Shown here piece by piece: positions 28,782-43,163 of a DNA stretch of 64,000 nt. The notes under the pieces were generated by a model. The model had not been told where the DNA came from. It saw nothing but the letters and a program-made list of their open reading frames with translations, and searched no databases. The position numbers and the translations under genes are program-made. Location: positions 42,718,001-42,782,000 of the forward strand of contig OX597824.1 in assembly GCA_951406725.2 (NCBI GenBank), given 5' to 3'. The stretch is from Octopus vulgaris. Its lineage: Eukaryota. Position 1 is the stretch's first letter, and each line of letters opens with the position of its first letter.

Positions 28782-29420
28782 TACCGTTTAAAATATGCCG
28801 AAAACATCTAAGCCTGAATTTCGTGAAATTCTGGATTGTAGAAAGCTTTTTGGCGGATTTTGGGAGGTTTTCCTTTATAGCACTTCGTTCTGACGTTCAA
28901 GGAGATCTATCTGCCTCATAACCATTCTTTGTTCAGTATCACTGTAAAATAGCGTAGCTGAGCAAGCTACGTTATAAATTTGCCGTCAATTGCTGACCTC
29001 CAACGCTTAAAACTTATATATATATATATATATATATATAATAAAAGGAAAAGGTAAACATTGAATAACGTCTTAATCGATGTTTCGGGCACAAGGATGG
29101 AGGAAAATTTCAACAATATTTCATTCAATAACAAAAGAAAAAATAAATCGTTAATGACACTAATTTCCCTAGGCAGCCTGTTTACAAATGTTTATTCACG
29201 ATAGCAAACGAACGAACGAAGTTTACATATCAGACAGGTCTCTCTGAACAGCAACAAAGCTATGAATCTGGGATTTTCACCAAAATATTACCGCAAATAT
29301 TCTATTTGCCGATAAAATATCAGTTACATATTCAAACACACACACAGACACAGAGACACACGCACAGCCATAGACTTACATATGCATACATAACGCACAC
29401 ATATGTATATATACGTATGC

Positions 29421-29472
<52 letters not shown>

Positions 29473-29721
29473 GTACATATGAGCGCGTCTGTGTGTGTGT
29501 GTGTGTATGTATATTCATATATATACATGCAAATACGCATACAATGTTGAAACGTGCGTATGTGCATCTATCGAAGGATGGGTGGATGAATAAATATATG
29601 CATGTGTATAGATGTATGTATACATATCTACATATACATATACATGTATATATACTTACAACCATACACATACACACGCTCGCACATACACATGCACACA
29701 TCTATCTAGCTAGCTAGCAAG

Positions 29722-29843
<122 letters not shown>

Positions 29844-30157
29844 CTCTACCACAAAATTGTCGTTTCATTTTTTTATAATTTTAGTTCAATTTAGATATCT
29901 TGAAACCACCTCAGAATGAAGCCCCCGAACCACCACCTTGCACCTGATACCAGGTCACGTGAGTTCTGGCAGAAGCAGCCATCTTATTATGTATGCTATT
30001 GCGATTTGTTTCATTCTCATTGCAGATTTCAGAGAGCGCACTCATAGATCCCTTTGAGCTGCCTGAAATCACGTTATGGGATTGATAATCCAGTTCAATT
30101 TTCACACATACTCTCTTTTTCTCTTTCTCTTTTTCTCTCTCTCTCACTCTCGCTCTC

Positions 30158-30200
<43 letters not shown>

Positions 30201-30414
30201 TTTACAGACATGTCAACAGAGTAATACACTCTATAAGCTTAATGTCAGAGACATGAAAAGATAAGCATATAGATATGCTTGCATGCATCCATGTATGTAT
30301 TTATGTGTGTATGCATGTATGCATATATGCATGTTTGTATATACGTATATATGTATGTATGTACATAGCTACCCGCATTCCTCTATCTTCATAGACAGAT
30401 GGAAACAGATAAAG

Positions 30415-30460
<46 letters not shown>

Positions 30461-30559
30461 TTACATACATATATATATATGTTTGTATGTATATAAATAT
30501 AAATATATATATAGTATATATATACATATATATATACACATATATATATATACACACAT

Positions 30560-30593
<34 letters not shown>

Positions 30594-30597
30594 ATAT

Positions 30598-30635
<38 letters not shown>

Positions 30636-30797
30636 CCCGGATACTCAAGGACACACACACACATACACACATTTAATACTATCACTCACATAAATGGATG
30701 GTTGTGCATTTATGTGCATAGATATCTCTCCATGTTATCTGCGTTCATCTATCAATTCATCTATCTGTATTGTCTTATCTATCTATCAAACTAATTC

Positions 30798-30834
<37 letters not shown>

Positions 30835-31384
30835 CATCTATCTCTCTATCTCTCTTTCTGTCTATCTATCTATATATCTATCTCTCGGTTTGTTTGTTTG
30901 TAATTCTATAGACTATTTATTTGTAAATCTCTATGTGTATGTATGCATATATATGCACGTGCATATGTGCATGAGTGTGTGTGTAAAAGTACGTACACTC
31001 CGCTTTCTGCATTAGATCCTTTCCTGACAGCAGTGACCATATCAAATTTCGTTGACATTTAATTTTCACATTTACACGACTTCCCAAAAACATCTTAGCG
31101 AGGTCCCAATCCATCTCATCCTTCATCTATCATCCTCCGGTCATATTTTCTTTTTCATCACTTGCCATGCCTGTCGCATATACTCTTCGTTTTTCTTTCA
31201 ACCATTTTCTCTCCATTTTTTCTCCCATTTTTAATGTTTTTTTCATTTTCTTTTACCACCCGCATCGCTTGTCGTCTGCCTTCCACAGCCACTGTAGCTT
31301 TCTTTCTTTTCTTCATTCCTTCAGTCACTCATTCTTTATTATTTTTAATAAATAATGATATACATGTGTGCGTACGTGCGTGCA

Positions 31385-31490
<106 letters not shown>

Positions 31491-31991
31491 CATTTTCCCA
31501 CCAGTATCGGCTGCTATTTTCTCTTTCGATTTTTACATTTTTTGTATATTTTCCTCCATTTTATTTTTTTTCATTCGGTCGTTCACACGCTTCTTTCTTT
31601 TCTTTCATTCTTTTATCACCCGCATTAATTGCTGTCAGCTTTTCGTTCTCCTTAAGCTATTTTCCACCTTTCTGCTTGTTTGTCTTTATGTCAGTCTATT
31701 TCTCTTAGCCATTCTTTCCTCTCTTGCCATTCTTTCAAAGCCACCATAACCTCCCATTATTTCCGTTACTTTAACCGTTCCTCTCACTATTACGAACACC
31801 CCTATCCTGAACGCTAATATACCACACATCGTGTACAATATCATTAATATAACCACTCATACCAACACTATTATCACTACCAACTCCCCGCACCACTATC
31901 GCCAGCATAAAAATCAACATCATCAAAATACCAAAATTCCAACACGATTTCAACATCCTCAAAACCTTAATGAATGTAAGATTCACTACAC

Positions 31992-32544
31992 CTGTGGTTC
32001 TCAACCGTGATCCATATGACCTCTGGAGGTCCATGCAAGAATTTGTTGGGGTCCATGCAAGAAAAATATTAAATTGGGGCCCACAGTAGTATATTAATAG
32101 TCCACGTAAAAATTTTGATTTAGACATATGTGTTGCAAGAAACAGCAAAATTGCTTTCTCTAACGTTTTACACAGTTCACCCTGAATAAATTAATGTGTA
32201 AAAAGCAAAGTAGGAGTTTTGAAAGAAGTACAGCAATCTCGCGACTATCACGGATGTTACGTTCCAAAACCCCACGCGATAGATGAAAATCCGCGAAGTA
32301 GAAATAGTACTGTGCTGTATATTTTTTTATATATATAATTTGAATGTATTTATTTTATTATAAATGCAAAACAACACCACGGAGGAATCGACGTAAACTT
32401 AAATAATATACTGCGATAGGGGAACTGCGATATGGCGAGGGATTACTGCATTTATAAAACTAGTTTCTAAACATCGAATAGGTGTCCACTAGAGTAAAAC
32501 TGTAATCAAAGGCGTTCATATGTAAAAATGGTTTGGAACCACTG
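31992..32544. mobile_element. hAT-type MITE
   Basis: TIRs ctgtggttctcaacc / ggtttggaaccactg; 8-bp TSD cactacac / cgctacac. Confidence 0.8.
32231..32448. mobile_element. Tc1/mariner (Tigger/pogo-like) MITE nested in the hAT MITE
   Basis: TA|cagcaatctcgcg ... gcgagggattactg imperfect TIRs. Confidence 0.65.
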
Positions 32545-32689
32545 CGCTACACGAAAGATGGGTTCGATCCTTTAAACAATACATCGTAGGAAATTCCACC
32601 TGCACAAAGTTATTTGATACATCAGTAAATTATTGACATGGGTGTTAAGCGAAGGGAAATATTCCGCTCTAAATCTGTTTATATGATCC

Positions 32690-32835
32690 TTTTTAGGAGA
32701 GGTACAAGGCCTGAAATTTTGGTAGGAAGAAGCAAGTCGATTACATCGACCTCTGTAATCAACTTGTATTTACCTCACCGACCCCGAAAGAATAAAATGA
32801 AAAACCGACTGTAGCAGAACTTGAACGCAGAACTT
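32690..32835 (-). mobile_element. SINE family A, partial
   Basis: caaggcctgaaatttt..gtcgattacatcgac..cgaccccgaaag. Confidence 0.65.
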
Positions 32836-33054
32836 CTACAAACAAGAAGACAAATGTCTGTAATTTGAGTTTAGCTGCTAGCTCTAGCAGGTCGATGAAC
32901 CGCGAAGAAGCTCCCATGTCTGTTCTTTATCGTGTTTTGCTAGACCAGTTATGCACCCTACAACAAAATACAGAGAACCCCTAATTCTGCACTTCACATC
33001 ATCAGAGGCAGCGCATAAACTACATTCGGTGACTATTTATGAAATGATTTCAGA

Positions 33055-33229
33055 TACGCAGAGGCGTAGCTATGTGAGAAAAAGTTTGCTTCTCAACCAT
33101 ATGGTTCCAGGTTCAGTCCTACTGCGTGACACCTTCGACATTAGTCTTCTACTCTTGCCCGGCCGATGAAAGCTTTGTGAGTGAATTTGGTAGACGGAAA
33201 CTGAAACAAGGTCATTGTATGCGTGTATT

Positions 33230-33235
<6 letters not shown>
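33055..33235 (+). mobile_element. SINE family B 5' half
   Basis: caaccatatggttccaggttcagtcctactgcgtg..gtgagtgaatttggtagacggaaactgaa. Confidence 0.8.
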
Positions 33236-33318
<83 letters not shown>

Positions 33319-33524
33319 AGGTTTGGCCAAAAAGTCACCTAACAGTAAATCAAAACCATTTACTTACAAGATTTATTTATGTTTAACAACTGAATGAATT
33401 TAATAAAAGTTTCTGGGTAATTTTCCGTCCTCGACCATGCTGGAGCACTAGGAAAACACTGGGGGCAACGTAATCGACTAGTCCACTCCCGCGAAATTTC
33501 AGGCCTCGTGCCTTTTGTAGAAAG

Positions 33525-34228
33525 TGAGTGGGAGCGTTACTGGTTCGAGATAAACTCAACAGGCATGAATGTGCTGTTTGACGGGCTTGTCTGAGGTGCA
33601 CGCAGAGTGACGAAACCGTTCTGCACGCCCTCTTTCAGTGTCCGGGAATTGCTAACTTGTGAGATTATATCGAACAGCTGCTGTCACGTGTGGAACGGAT
33701 CCGTCTGTCGGCCGAGTTTGTAGTGAGGATCGGGTAGACAAGGCAGTTTTCTTTTGCCTGATGGCTGTAGTGAATGAGGTTGTTAGTGGACAAGGCTGAA
33801 AGGCATGAGGACAGGTACATTCCTCTTTGGTAGAACTCTCATTGGCTTCTTCAAGTTTCACTTGAAAAGGAAATTGAGAGTGGAGAGGGAAGTGCTGTCC
33901 TCGAGTGAGTTTATTGAAAGGTGGGTGAAAGTTGCGAAAATGGCAAGAGTGGATGGTACCCCTCTAAGTGTAGACCTGCGAGTCAGAGATAAGAAATTGG
34001 AGAGAGCTTTCAAGGAAATCCAGGAGAGTGGAGTTCCTCGATTATCCCTAAAAGTGTTCCTGTATCATAAGGGCCACATCTCTATCATTCGCCTCGCCAC
34101 CTTTTTTTTAAACCTTATATGCTATGCATATGACCCTTCTATTTTTTATCATTTCATTTTATGTAAACCGCAACATTTTATGTCTGTCTTTGCATTGTCC
34201 CCCTTATCCTTGTTGCAAATAAATGAAA
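33525..34228 (+). mobile_element. Tx1/L1-clade LINE 3' end (zf-RVT CCHC region plus 3'UTR)
   Basis: GALLVRDKLNRH...CLRCTQSDETVLHALFQC; aataaa near the end. Confidence 0.75.
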
Positions 34229-34267
34229 TCATTATTATTATCACCATCATCATCTTTATTATTATTC

Positions 34268-35684
34268 CGTAGTTTTATTTTTATAGCGTGCTTTCACTTC
34301 ACTACCGAGCGCAGCTCTGTGTGCCTTGGGTATGTGCTGTGATTTGTTGTGATGCTCTGATGGTTACTGTATTGAAAGTGTTTTGCGTAGGATGTGTGCA
34401 GTGTCCAGTAGTACAATTTTCTGTATGTTATATATATATTTGTAAGTCCTGATGTTTTTGTTATGTATTTGTCTGAATATTATTTTTATCATACTTAATG
34501 TGCCTACTATGTTAGGGATTGTTTCTGTTTTTAGATTCCACATTCGAGTTACCTCTATTTACAGGTCTTTGTATTTTGAAAGTTTCTTCATTTCTTTTAG
34601 AAGAAACGTTGTCATCTGCTGGTATTGATACATCAATTAGAAAGCATTTTTTTTTCTTCATGATCTCTGACAACTATATCTGGCTTATTGGCCTTAATTT
34701 CTCTAGCAGTGTGTATCGGCATATCCCAGAGTATGGTTGCTTTCTCGTTTTCTGTGACCTTTTCTGGCGTGTGCCTATACCATCTTTTTTCTGTTGTTAT
34801 TCCATAGTGTTGTCATAGCTTCCAGTGTATGTAGGTCCCAACTCTGTCGTGTCTGTAAATATATTCCTTTTTAGCCAGGACTGGGCAACCAGAGATTATA
34901 TGATTTATTGTTTCTTGTCCCTCTCCACATATTCTGCAGTTACTTGTTGTTTCATTTTATTATATGTTTTTGGTAATTTCTTTTTTCTCGTGCTGCTATT
35001 AAAAATCCTTCAGTCTCTGCTTTGAGTGCTGAGCTTCTCAACCATTGCTGGAACTTTTCTCTGTCTATTTCTTTTGCATTTAGTTTAGCCCAGTATTTGC
35101 CATGAAGGGGCTTTTCGTGCCATCGTTTTATCATGGTCCGTTGCTGTTCTAGTTTTAGTTTGGATTTCATTTGTTTTATAGCTTTTGTTGTTTCTTCTTC
35201 TTCTTCATATTTGTTAGGTAGTATGATTTCTTGTTTGTATTTATCAGCTTCCTTAAATAATGAAAACAGTTTTTTTTTGTTTTGCTCATGTTTTGTGGCT
35301 ATTTGTTTTAGTTTTCCTCGTTTCTTAAGTAGGTATTTTTGCAGTCCTATGGTGGTTATTTTATAATAGTTTTCCATCTGTATAAGGCCTCTACCACTAT
35401 ACGTTGTATATATAGCCTTTCTATATCAGATTTTGGGTGATGCATCCTAGATCCTGTCATCATATTTCTTGTTTCCATATCTTGGTTAGTTCATTTAATG
35501 TCCAGTTAAGGATAATGTAGCTGTAACTTATAACTGGGACGGCTAACGTGTTAATACCTATTATCTTGTTTTTAGCATTGAGCTCTGTTTTCAGTATTGA
35601 TCTAAATCGTCTATGGTATTCTTTCTTTACTTTCTCTTTCATTTGTGTGTGTTGTATCATATTTAGTTCATTGATTCTTCTTCT

Positions 35685-35690
<6 letters not shown>
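34268..35690 (-). mobile_element. R4/Dong-clade LINE, 5'-truncated and decayed, between (TAA)n tracts
   Basis: KEYHRRFRSILKTELNAKNKIIGINTLAVPVISYSY..WT; WHEKPLHGKY; WLRSSALKAETEGFLIAA; downstream RLE motifs. Confidence 0.9.
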
Positions 35691-36022
<332 letters not shown>

Positions 36023-36128
36023 TATATCCTCAATCCCTTTTTTGCTCGCTCTTCATTTCTAATATTATACTCGTTTCACGCTGACCACTTACTCATCTCC
36101 ATAACTCTCTCTCCCTTTCTCTCTTTCA

Positions 36129-36210
<82 letters not shown>

Positions 36211-36541
36211 AGCTCGTTTACTTTATCTCTTTCTCTTCCTTTCCCTCTCTACAATCCGATCTTCATAATTAAAGAAACCATATTCAATGGAGTAGATATA
36301 ATGTTCCCCTGATTGTTGATCTAACTACTACCTCTGCTGCTGCTGCTGTCGTTGTTGCTGTAGTTAATGTTGAAGTTGTTGTTATTGTTGTTAGTGTTAC
36401 TTTGTTGCTTTTTTTCTTGTTGTTGTTACTTGCTTCTTGTGTTGCTGAGATGGTGGTATTATTGAAGCTTGTTAGCCTGTTTGTAGTGATTGTTGCTGAA
36501 GTCGTTGTTGTTGTTGCTGTTGTTGTTGTTGTTGGTGGTGG

Positions 36542-36593
<52 letters not shown>

Positions 36594-36612
36594 GCTGCTG
36601 TTGTTGTTAATA

Positions 36613-36833
36613 AGGCGGTGAGCTGGCAGAATCGTTAGCACGCTAGGCAAAATGCTTAGCGGTATTTCGTCTGCTGCTACGTTCTGGGTTCATATTCCGC
36701 CGAAGTCGACTTTGCTTTTCATCCTTTCGTGGTCGATAAATTAAGTACCAGTGAAACACTGGGATCGATGTGATCGACTAGTCCCCTCCCACCAAATTTC
36801 AGGATTTCAGGCCTTGTGCCTATAGTGAAAAGG
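36613..36833 (+). mobile_element. SINE family A monomer
   Basis: aggcggtgagctggcagaatcgttagc ... ggccttgtgcctatagtgaaaagg. Confidence 0.88.
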
Positions 36834-36836
36834 ATT

Positions 36837-36979
<143 letters not shown>

Positions 36980-36983
36980 CATT

Positions 36984-37110
36984 GTGTGAGAGAGCAGTGC
37001 ATGCTATCAAAGTGACACTGGGGTAAAATATACGAAGCCCAGTATGCCCATCATGACTGCCCGTCTGATAAGGGAACACTAGGCACATGCATCACAACCA
37101 TATGTGCGCG
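36984..37110 (-). mobile_element. Truncated copy of the ~560-bp (TAA)n-associated repeat
   Basis: Reverse complement of ~8625-8749; again flanked by TTA repeats. Confidence 0.85.
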
Positions 37111-37133
37111 AATTATTATTATCATTATTATTA

Positions 37134-37190
<57 letters not shown>

Positions 37191-37199
37191 TTATGACAA

Positions 37200-38020
37200 A
37201 GGCGGTGTGCTGGCAGACACGTTAGCGCCCCGGCCGAAATGCTTAACGGTATTTCTTCTGCCGCTACGTTCTGAGTTCAAATTCCGGCGAGGTCGACTTT
37301 GCCTTTCATCCTTTCGGGGTCGATAAATTAAGTACCAGTTACGCACTGGGGTCGATGTAATCGACTTAATACCTATGTCTGTCCTTGTTTGTCCCCTCTG
37401 TGTTTAGCCCCTTGTGGGTAATAAAGAAATAGGTATTTCTTCTGCCGCTATTATATTTATGACAAAGGCGGCGAGCTGGCAGAAACGTTAGCACGTCGGG
37501 CGAAATGCTTAGTGGTACGTTCTGAGTTCAAATTCCGCCGAGGTCGACTTTGCCTTTCATCCTTTCGGGGTCGATAAATTAAGTACCAGTTAAGCACTGG
37601 GGTTGATATAATCGACTTAATCCGTTTGTCTGTCCTTGTTTGTCCTCTCTGTGTTTAGCCCCTTGTGAGTAGTAAAGAAATAGGTATTTCGTCAGTCTTC
37701 AGGTTCTGAGTAAAAACGCTGCCGAGGTCGACTTTACCTTTCATCCTTACGGAGTCGATAAAATAAGTACCCGTTAAGTACTGGACTCCCCACCCCGAAT
37801 TTCAGGCTTTGTGCCTATAGTAGAAACGGTTATTATAATTGCGACATTTCGTCCGTCTTTACGTCCTCAGTTCAAATTCCGGCGAGGTCGACTCTGTCGT
37901 TCATCCTTTCTTCGTCGATGAAATAAATACCAGCTGTTCACTTGGGTTGATGTTATTGATTAGCACCCCCCTCCCACCATCGCACCAAATTTTAGGCCTT
38001 GTGCCAATAGGAGAAAGGAT
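37200..38020 (+). mobile_element. Tandem multimer of SINE family A (about 4 cores)
   Basis: Core gaggtcgact at ~37290, 37540, 37725, 37885; ttatatttatgacaaaggcgg duplicated at ~37184 and ~37451. Confidence 0.88.
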
Positions 38021-38467
38021 TATGCTTGTGCTTATTCTTCCAACTGCGAAAAAATGTCTTTTTCATCTCGTTGGCTATGACGCCGTTGTTGATGACGCTG
38101 ATGTTGCTGTTGGTGTTGCTGCTATTGTTGTAAAGAGCTTCTTCTGTTGTTCTGCTGCTACTGGTGCAGCAGATGCAGATTCTGTTGTTGTTATTGTTAT
38201 TGTTGTTATTGCTGCTGTTACTGCTATTGTTGTTGCTCTTCTTCTTACTATGGTCTTTGTCTGTTGTAGTTGTTGTTTCTGCTATAGTTATCAGTGTTAT
38301 TGCTGTTGGTTTTCAGTAGTGGTAGTGGTTGAGGCGGCGGCGGCGGCGGCAGCGGCGGTGGTGGTGGTGGTGGTGGTGGTGGTGGTCGTCATCGTCGTCG
38401 TGGCGGCGGCGGTGTGATGGTGGTAGTGATACAGTTGGTGGTGGTGAAGGTAGTGGTGGTGATACAG

Positions 38468-38503
<36 letters not shown>

Positions 38504-39164
38504 TTTGTGGTGGTGGTAGTGATACTGTTGGTGGTGTTTGTGGTGGTGGTAGTGATACTGTTGGTGGTGGTGATAGTAGTAGTAGTAGTAGTAGTAGCAG
38601 CAGCAGTAGTAGTAGTAGTAGTAGTAGTAGTAATTGTTGTTGTTGTTGCTGTTGTAGTTGCAGCTAACCGGCAATATTATTGTCAGGGTTGTCGTTGTCG
38701 AGTTCGTCGTTGTCCGTCGTTGTTATATAGTTTAAAGCCGTTTCATTTCCGTTCTGTGCACTTTTAAGCTGCCCCCATCTCTACCGGATAGGCCTAAATT
38801 TCTCATCTCCCAATTCCCTTATATTTACTTTTATACACGTTTATTGTAGTTTATTTTGTTCTGTTTTTTGTTCTTTTTTTTTTTTGGTTCCCCGCCTCCT
38901 TATTTTTCTTATTCCCCTTTTTCCTGGACTCACCGAACAAGAATATTAACCAATCAGAAATGATGATAGCCATTATGCGATTAGATGATGTTGCGTTTCT
39001 TGCGGCAGCCTGCAGGCTAAAATAGCCATGGTCGCACGGTATTTGATTCCCATTGTAGGTGGATGCAGGGATGTGTCTTGGACATGTGTATAAATTTGTG
39101 AGTGCGTACATGTGTGTGTGTGTATGTGTGTGTGTGTGTGTGTGTGTACGTTTCTATGAATGTG

Positions 39165-39656
39165 GCCGTGTCACTGTGTCTATATCTTTGCGTATATGTT
39201 TGTATACGTCCTTCCATGCTTCCATATCTGTATGTCTGTAACTATTGTTGAGTATGGTGTGTGTGTATGTGTGTGTGTGTCTTGTGTGTGTGTGTATGTG
39301 TGTGTGTGTGTGCGTGTGAGTGTATGAGTGTGTGTGTGTACGTGTGTGTGTCACTGTGTCTATATTTTTGTGTATATGTTTGTATACATGCTCCCATGCT
39401 TCCATTTCTGTATGTCTGTAAATATTGTTGAGTACTCTGTGTGCGCGCGTATGTGTATGTGTGTGCATGTGTGTGTGTGCGTGTGTGTGTGTGTGTGTGT
39501 GTATGTGTGTGTGTGTGCGTGTGTGTGTGTATGTGACTGTACGTTTGTATGAGTGTTCTTGTTTCTGTGTCTATATCTTTGCGTCTACATTTGTATACGT
39601 GACTTCGTATCTATATCTATATGCTTGTGACTATAGCTGTATATCACGATGTCTGA

Positions 39657-39730
<74 letters not shown>

Positions 39731-40180
39731 GTCTGTGCTTGTATACGTGCCTCCGTTCCTGTATCTGTATGTTTGTGACCATAGCTGTGTATCAGTGTCT
39801 GACTGACTATCTGTGTGTGTGTAAGTGTGTGTGTGTGTGTGAGTGTGTGTGTGGATGTGTGGATGTGTGTACGTGTGTGTATGAGTGTGTGTGTAGGTGT
39901 AACCGCATGCTTGCGTCTATATCTTTGCGTCTGTGTATACGTACCTCCATGTTTGTATATGTATGTCAGTGACTATAACTGGGCATCATTGTGTCAGCGT
40001 AACTGCGTGTGTGTGTATGTGTGTGTGTATGCGTGTGTGTGTATGTGCATGTGTGTATATATGTGTGTGCAAATATCTATGTGTGTGTACGTCCGTATGT
40101 TTGCGTCTATATCTTTGTGTCTGTGTTTGTATATATGCATCTGCGTCCACATCTGTATGTCTGCGAATATACTTGTGTGT
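39165..40180. repeat. Degenerate ~180-bp tandem repeat with embedded (GT)n
   Basis: gtctatatctttgcgt.t.tgtttgtatacgt motif recurs about 6 times. Confidence 0.7.
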
Positions 40181-40267
40181 TTTGATGCATGAATGTGTAT
40201 GTGCATGCGCGAGTACACATGTATGCATGTGTATGCGTTTGCTCATACAGTAATAAAAAAAAAAGTA

Positions 40268-40513
40268 AAGTTCCTTCACAATTCATACCGACTCATAAGG
40301 GCCGGTTTCCGGGTTACCATGACCTAAATAGACCCCTCTGGACGGGACGCCAGTCCGTCGTAGGATTACTCCTTTTTGCTAGCTGAGTGGACAGGAATAA
40401 TGTGGAGTGAAGTGTTTTGCTCAAGAACACAACACGTCGCCTGGTCCAGGAATCGAAACCACAATTTAACGATCATGTCACCAACACCCTGATCATTAAG
40501 ACATGCACCTCCA
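40268..40513 (-). mobile_element. tRNA-derived SINE family C (V-SINE-like 3' part)
   Basis: tRNA-like head, gtgttcttgagcaaaacact, cgacggactggcgtcccgtccag..ggaaaccggccc. Confidence 0.75.
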
Positions 40514-40515
40514 CT

Positions 40516-40897
40516 AATATAATACGACAAAATATAATGAAATATAATATAATATAGTATAACATAGCATAATATAATATACTTTAATATGAAATAATAT
40601 AATATATAATACAATATATTATAATATAAAATAATATAACAACATAATATAATACAATAGAATAGAACATAATATAATATAACATAATGTAATAAAATAT
40701 AATATAATAAAATATAGTGTAATATAATATAACATAACAACATAATATGATATGACATAATATAATATAATATAACATGATTACTATATTTTAATATGAT
40801 ATAACGTTATATAATAATGCATAATATAACATATAACATAATATAATACAATTTATCAAAACATAATATAATATAACATAGTATTGTATAATATGAT
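40516..40897. repeat. Degenerate (ATAAT/ATAAC)n pentamer tract
   Basis: Direct reading. Confidence 0.85.
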
Positions 40898-40899
40898 AT

Positions 40900-41405
40900 T
40901 TTTCTTTTCTTTTCTGCACCCTTTTCAAGCCTAGCCAGGCTCATGGGCCAGGTTTCCCGGTTTCTGTGGCATATGTGTTCCCCCACCCCACCAGCTGGAC
41001 TGGACGCAAGTCCATCGCAAGTTACTCAAGTCCATCGCAACGTTACTCAAGAAACAGGAAGAAAGATTGAGAGAAAGTCGGGGCGAAAGAGTACAACAGG
41101 GGTCGCCACCCCCACCCCCCTGCTGGTGCCTCGTGAAGCTTTAGGTGTTTTCGCTCAATAATCACACACAACACCCGTCTGGGAATCGAAACCGCGATCC
41201 TCCGACCGCCAGTCCGCTGCCCTAACCAGTGGGCCACTGCGCCTCCACTAATATGATATTACATAATATAATATAGTTGGTCCACAGTACTCCGTAAGGA
41301 GCATAGGGCCGATTACCCAGTTTTTCTGCTTATATATTTCCCTCCTGTGCGGGACGTCGGTCCATCGCAGGATTACACTCTTTTGCCAGCTGAGTGGACT
41401 GGTGT
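40900..41405 (-). mobile_element. tRNA-derived SINE (family C-related) plus a second 3' fragment
   Basis: revcomp ggaggcgcagtggcccactggttagggcagcggac..ggtttcgattccc; cgatggac..gtcc motifs. Confidence 0.75.
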
Positions 41406-41797
41406 AATCAACTAGCCTACACCTACCTCACCTCAGCCCACTTACTGCCCCCACAATTTCAGACCTTGTGCTTATTGTGGAAAGGGTTATTAAGCACAAG
41501 GAAAGTAGGCAAGTTCAGTTCTTCGGAATAAGACATATCTTTAGTACTAACTAAACATTGTTAGTAAAAATTAAACCACGCGACCATTCATATTAATCCA
41601 AGAAATTTCCTGAATGTAATGTTGATTATACGTTTAAATATATTCTTCAATGAAGGTACTTGGCGTAGTGGTTACAATACTGGGATCTCGACCAGTTGTT
41701 CATGGACATTGCGTTGTGTCTTTAAACAAGGCACATTTTTCCACGTTGCTCCAGTATACTCAGCTGTTAATAAGTACCAGTGGACTACCAGCATCTC

Positions 41798-41879
<82 letters not shown>

Positions 41880-42016
41880 TATCTCTCTCTCTCTCTCTAT
41901 CAATCTCTCTCTCACTCACTCTCTTATTCTGCGGCTGTCACAGTCCTTCACATATTCCATGGATCATGAGTAAGAAGGTGGCTTTGAAAGACGTAAAGTG
42001 TGTGGAAATCCGTCAA

Positions 42017-42136
<120 letters not shown>

Positions 42137-42789
42137 GTGTGTGTGCGTGTGTGTGCGTGTGAGTGTGACACGGACTCGCCCGTCGTCAGACGACGGATGA
42201 GGGCTCTGCAATTACTTACTGAACAACCACATAGTCGATTTGTGTATAGTGATCAAATGTTTGCGTTCACATAAAGCACACTCTCTCCATCAAATCAACA
42301 CTGCCTGTAGAGGTGCACAAGTGTGTCACACTTCAGATGTTGAAAAAAAAAAAAAAATGGTCGCAGAGCAACGTAAAATAATGTGTTTTACTCAAGAAAA
42401 CAACGCGCTGACCGGTGTCCGGGAATCGAACCCACGTTCTAACGATCTTGAGTGCAACACCTTAATCATTGTTGTGTTTCTTCACAAAAGAACAACCGCA
42501 TTACGACGAATGTGTGTTCATAAAACACTCAGTCGATTAGCACAAGTGACTCTGAGACAAACGATGTTTCGACACCGTTGTTCCTCCTTAGTCAGAAGTA
42601 ATCTATTGAATCTAATCGATGCTCTTGTTTATAACTTTAGAGAACAAACTGTTTTCTGATCCCTTCTGATATCTACCAGTATATAATCAATCACCATATG
42701 TACGGTGAACAACAAGAATTAAAACGATGGCTTGCATATTTATTCTTCATACGTTCCGGTATATTTAAATGTGAATATACTAAGTGTTG

Positions 42790-42960
42790 TATGACACGAT
42801 GATGATGACGATGATGACGACGATGACGATGACGATGCCGATGACGACGACGACGATGACGATGACGGTGACGACGACGACGGCGACGACGACGACGATG
42901 ATGATGATGACGATGATGATGATGATGACGACGACGATGATGATGATGATGATGATGATA

Positions 42961-43000
<40 letters not shown>

Positions 43001-43163
43001 CGACGACGACGACGATGACGATGCCGATGACGACGACGATGACGATGACAACGATGATGATGATGATGATGACGCGATGACGATAACGACAACGACGATG
43101 ACGATGACGATGATGATAATGACGACGACGATGACGATGACGATGACGATGATGATGATGATC
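42790..43163. repeat. (GAT/GAC)n microsatellite
   Basis: Direct reading. Confidence 0.92.

Noticed and set aside
29068-29240. Minus-strand GAAACATCGAT with distant CTGATAT as a hammerhead
   Set aside because: Core incomplete and stems I/II could not be paired convincingly
29895-30085. Plus-strand exon candidates in a unique island
   Set aside because: Acceptor-like sites present but frames hit stops and no consistent exon pairing
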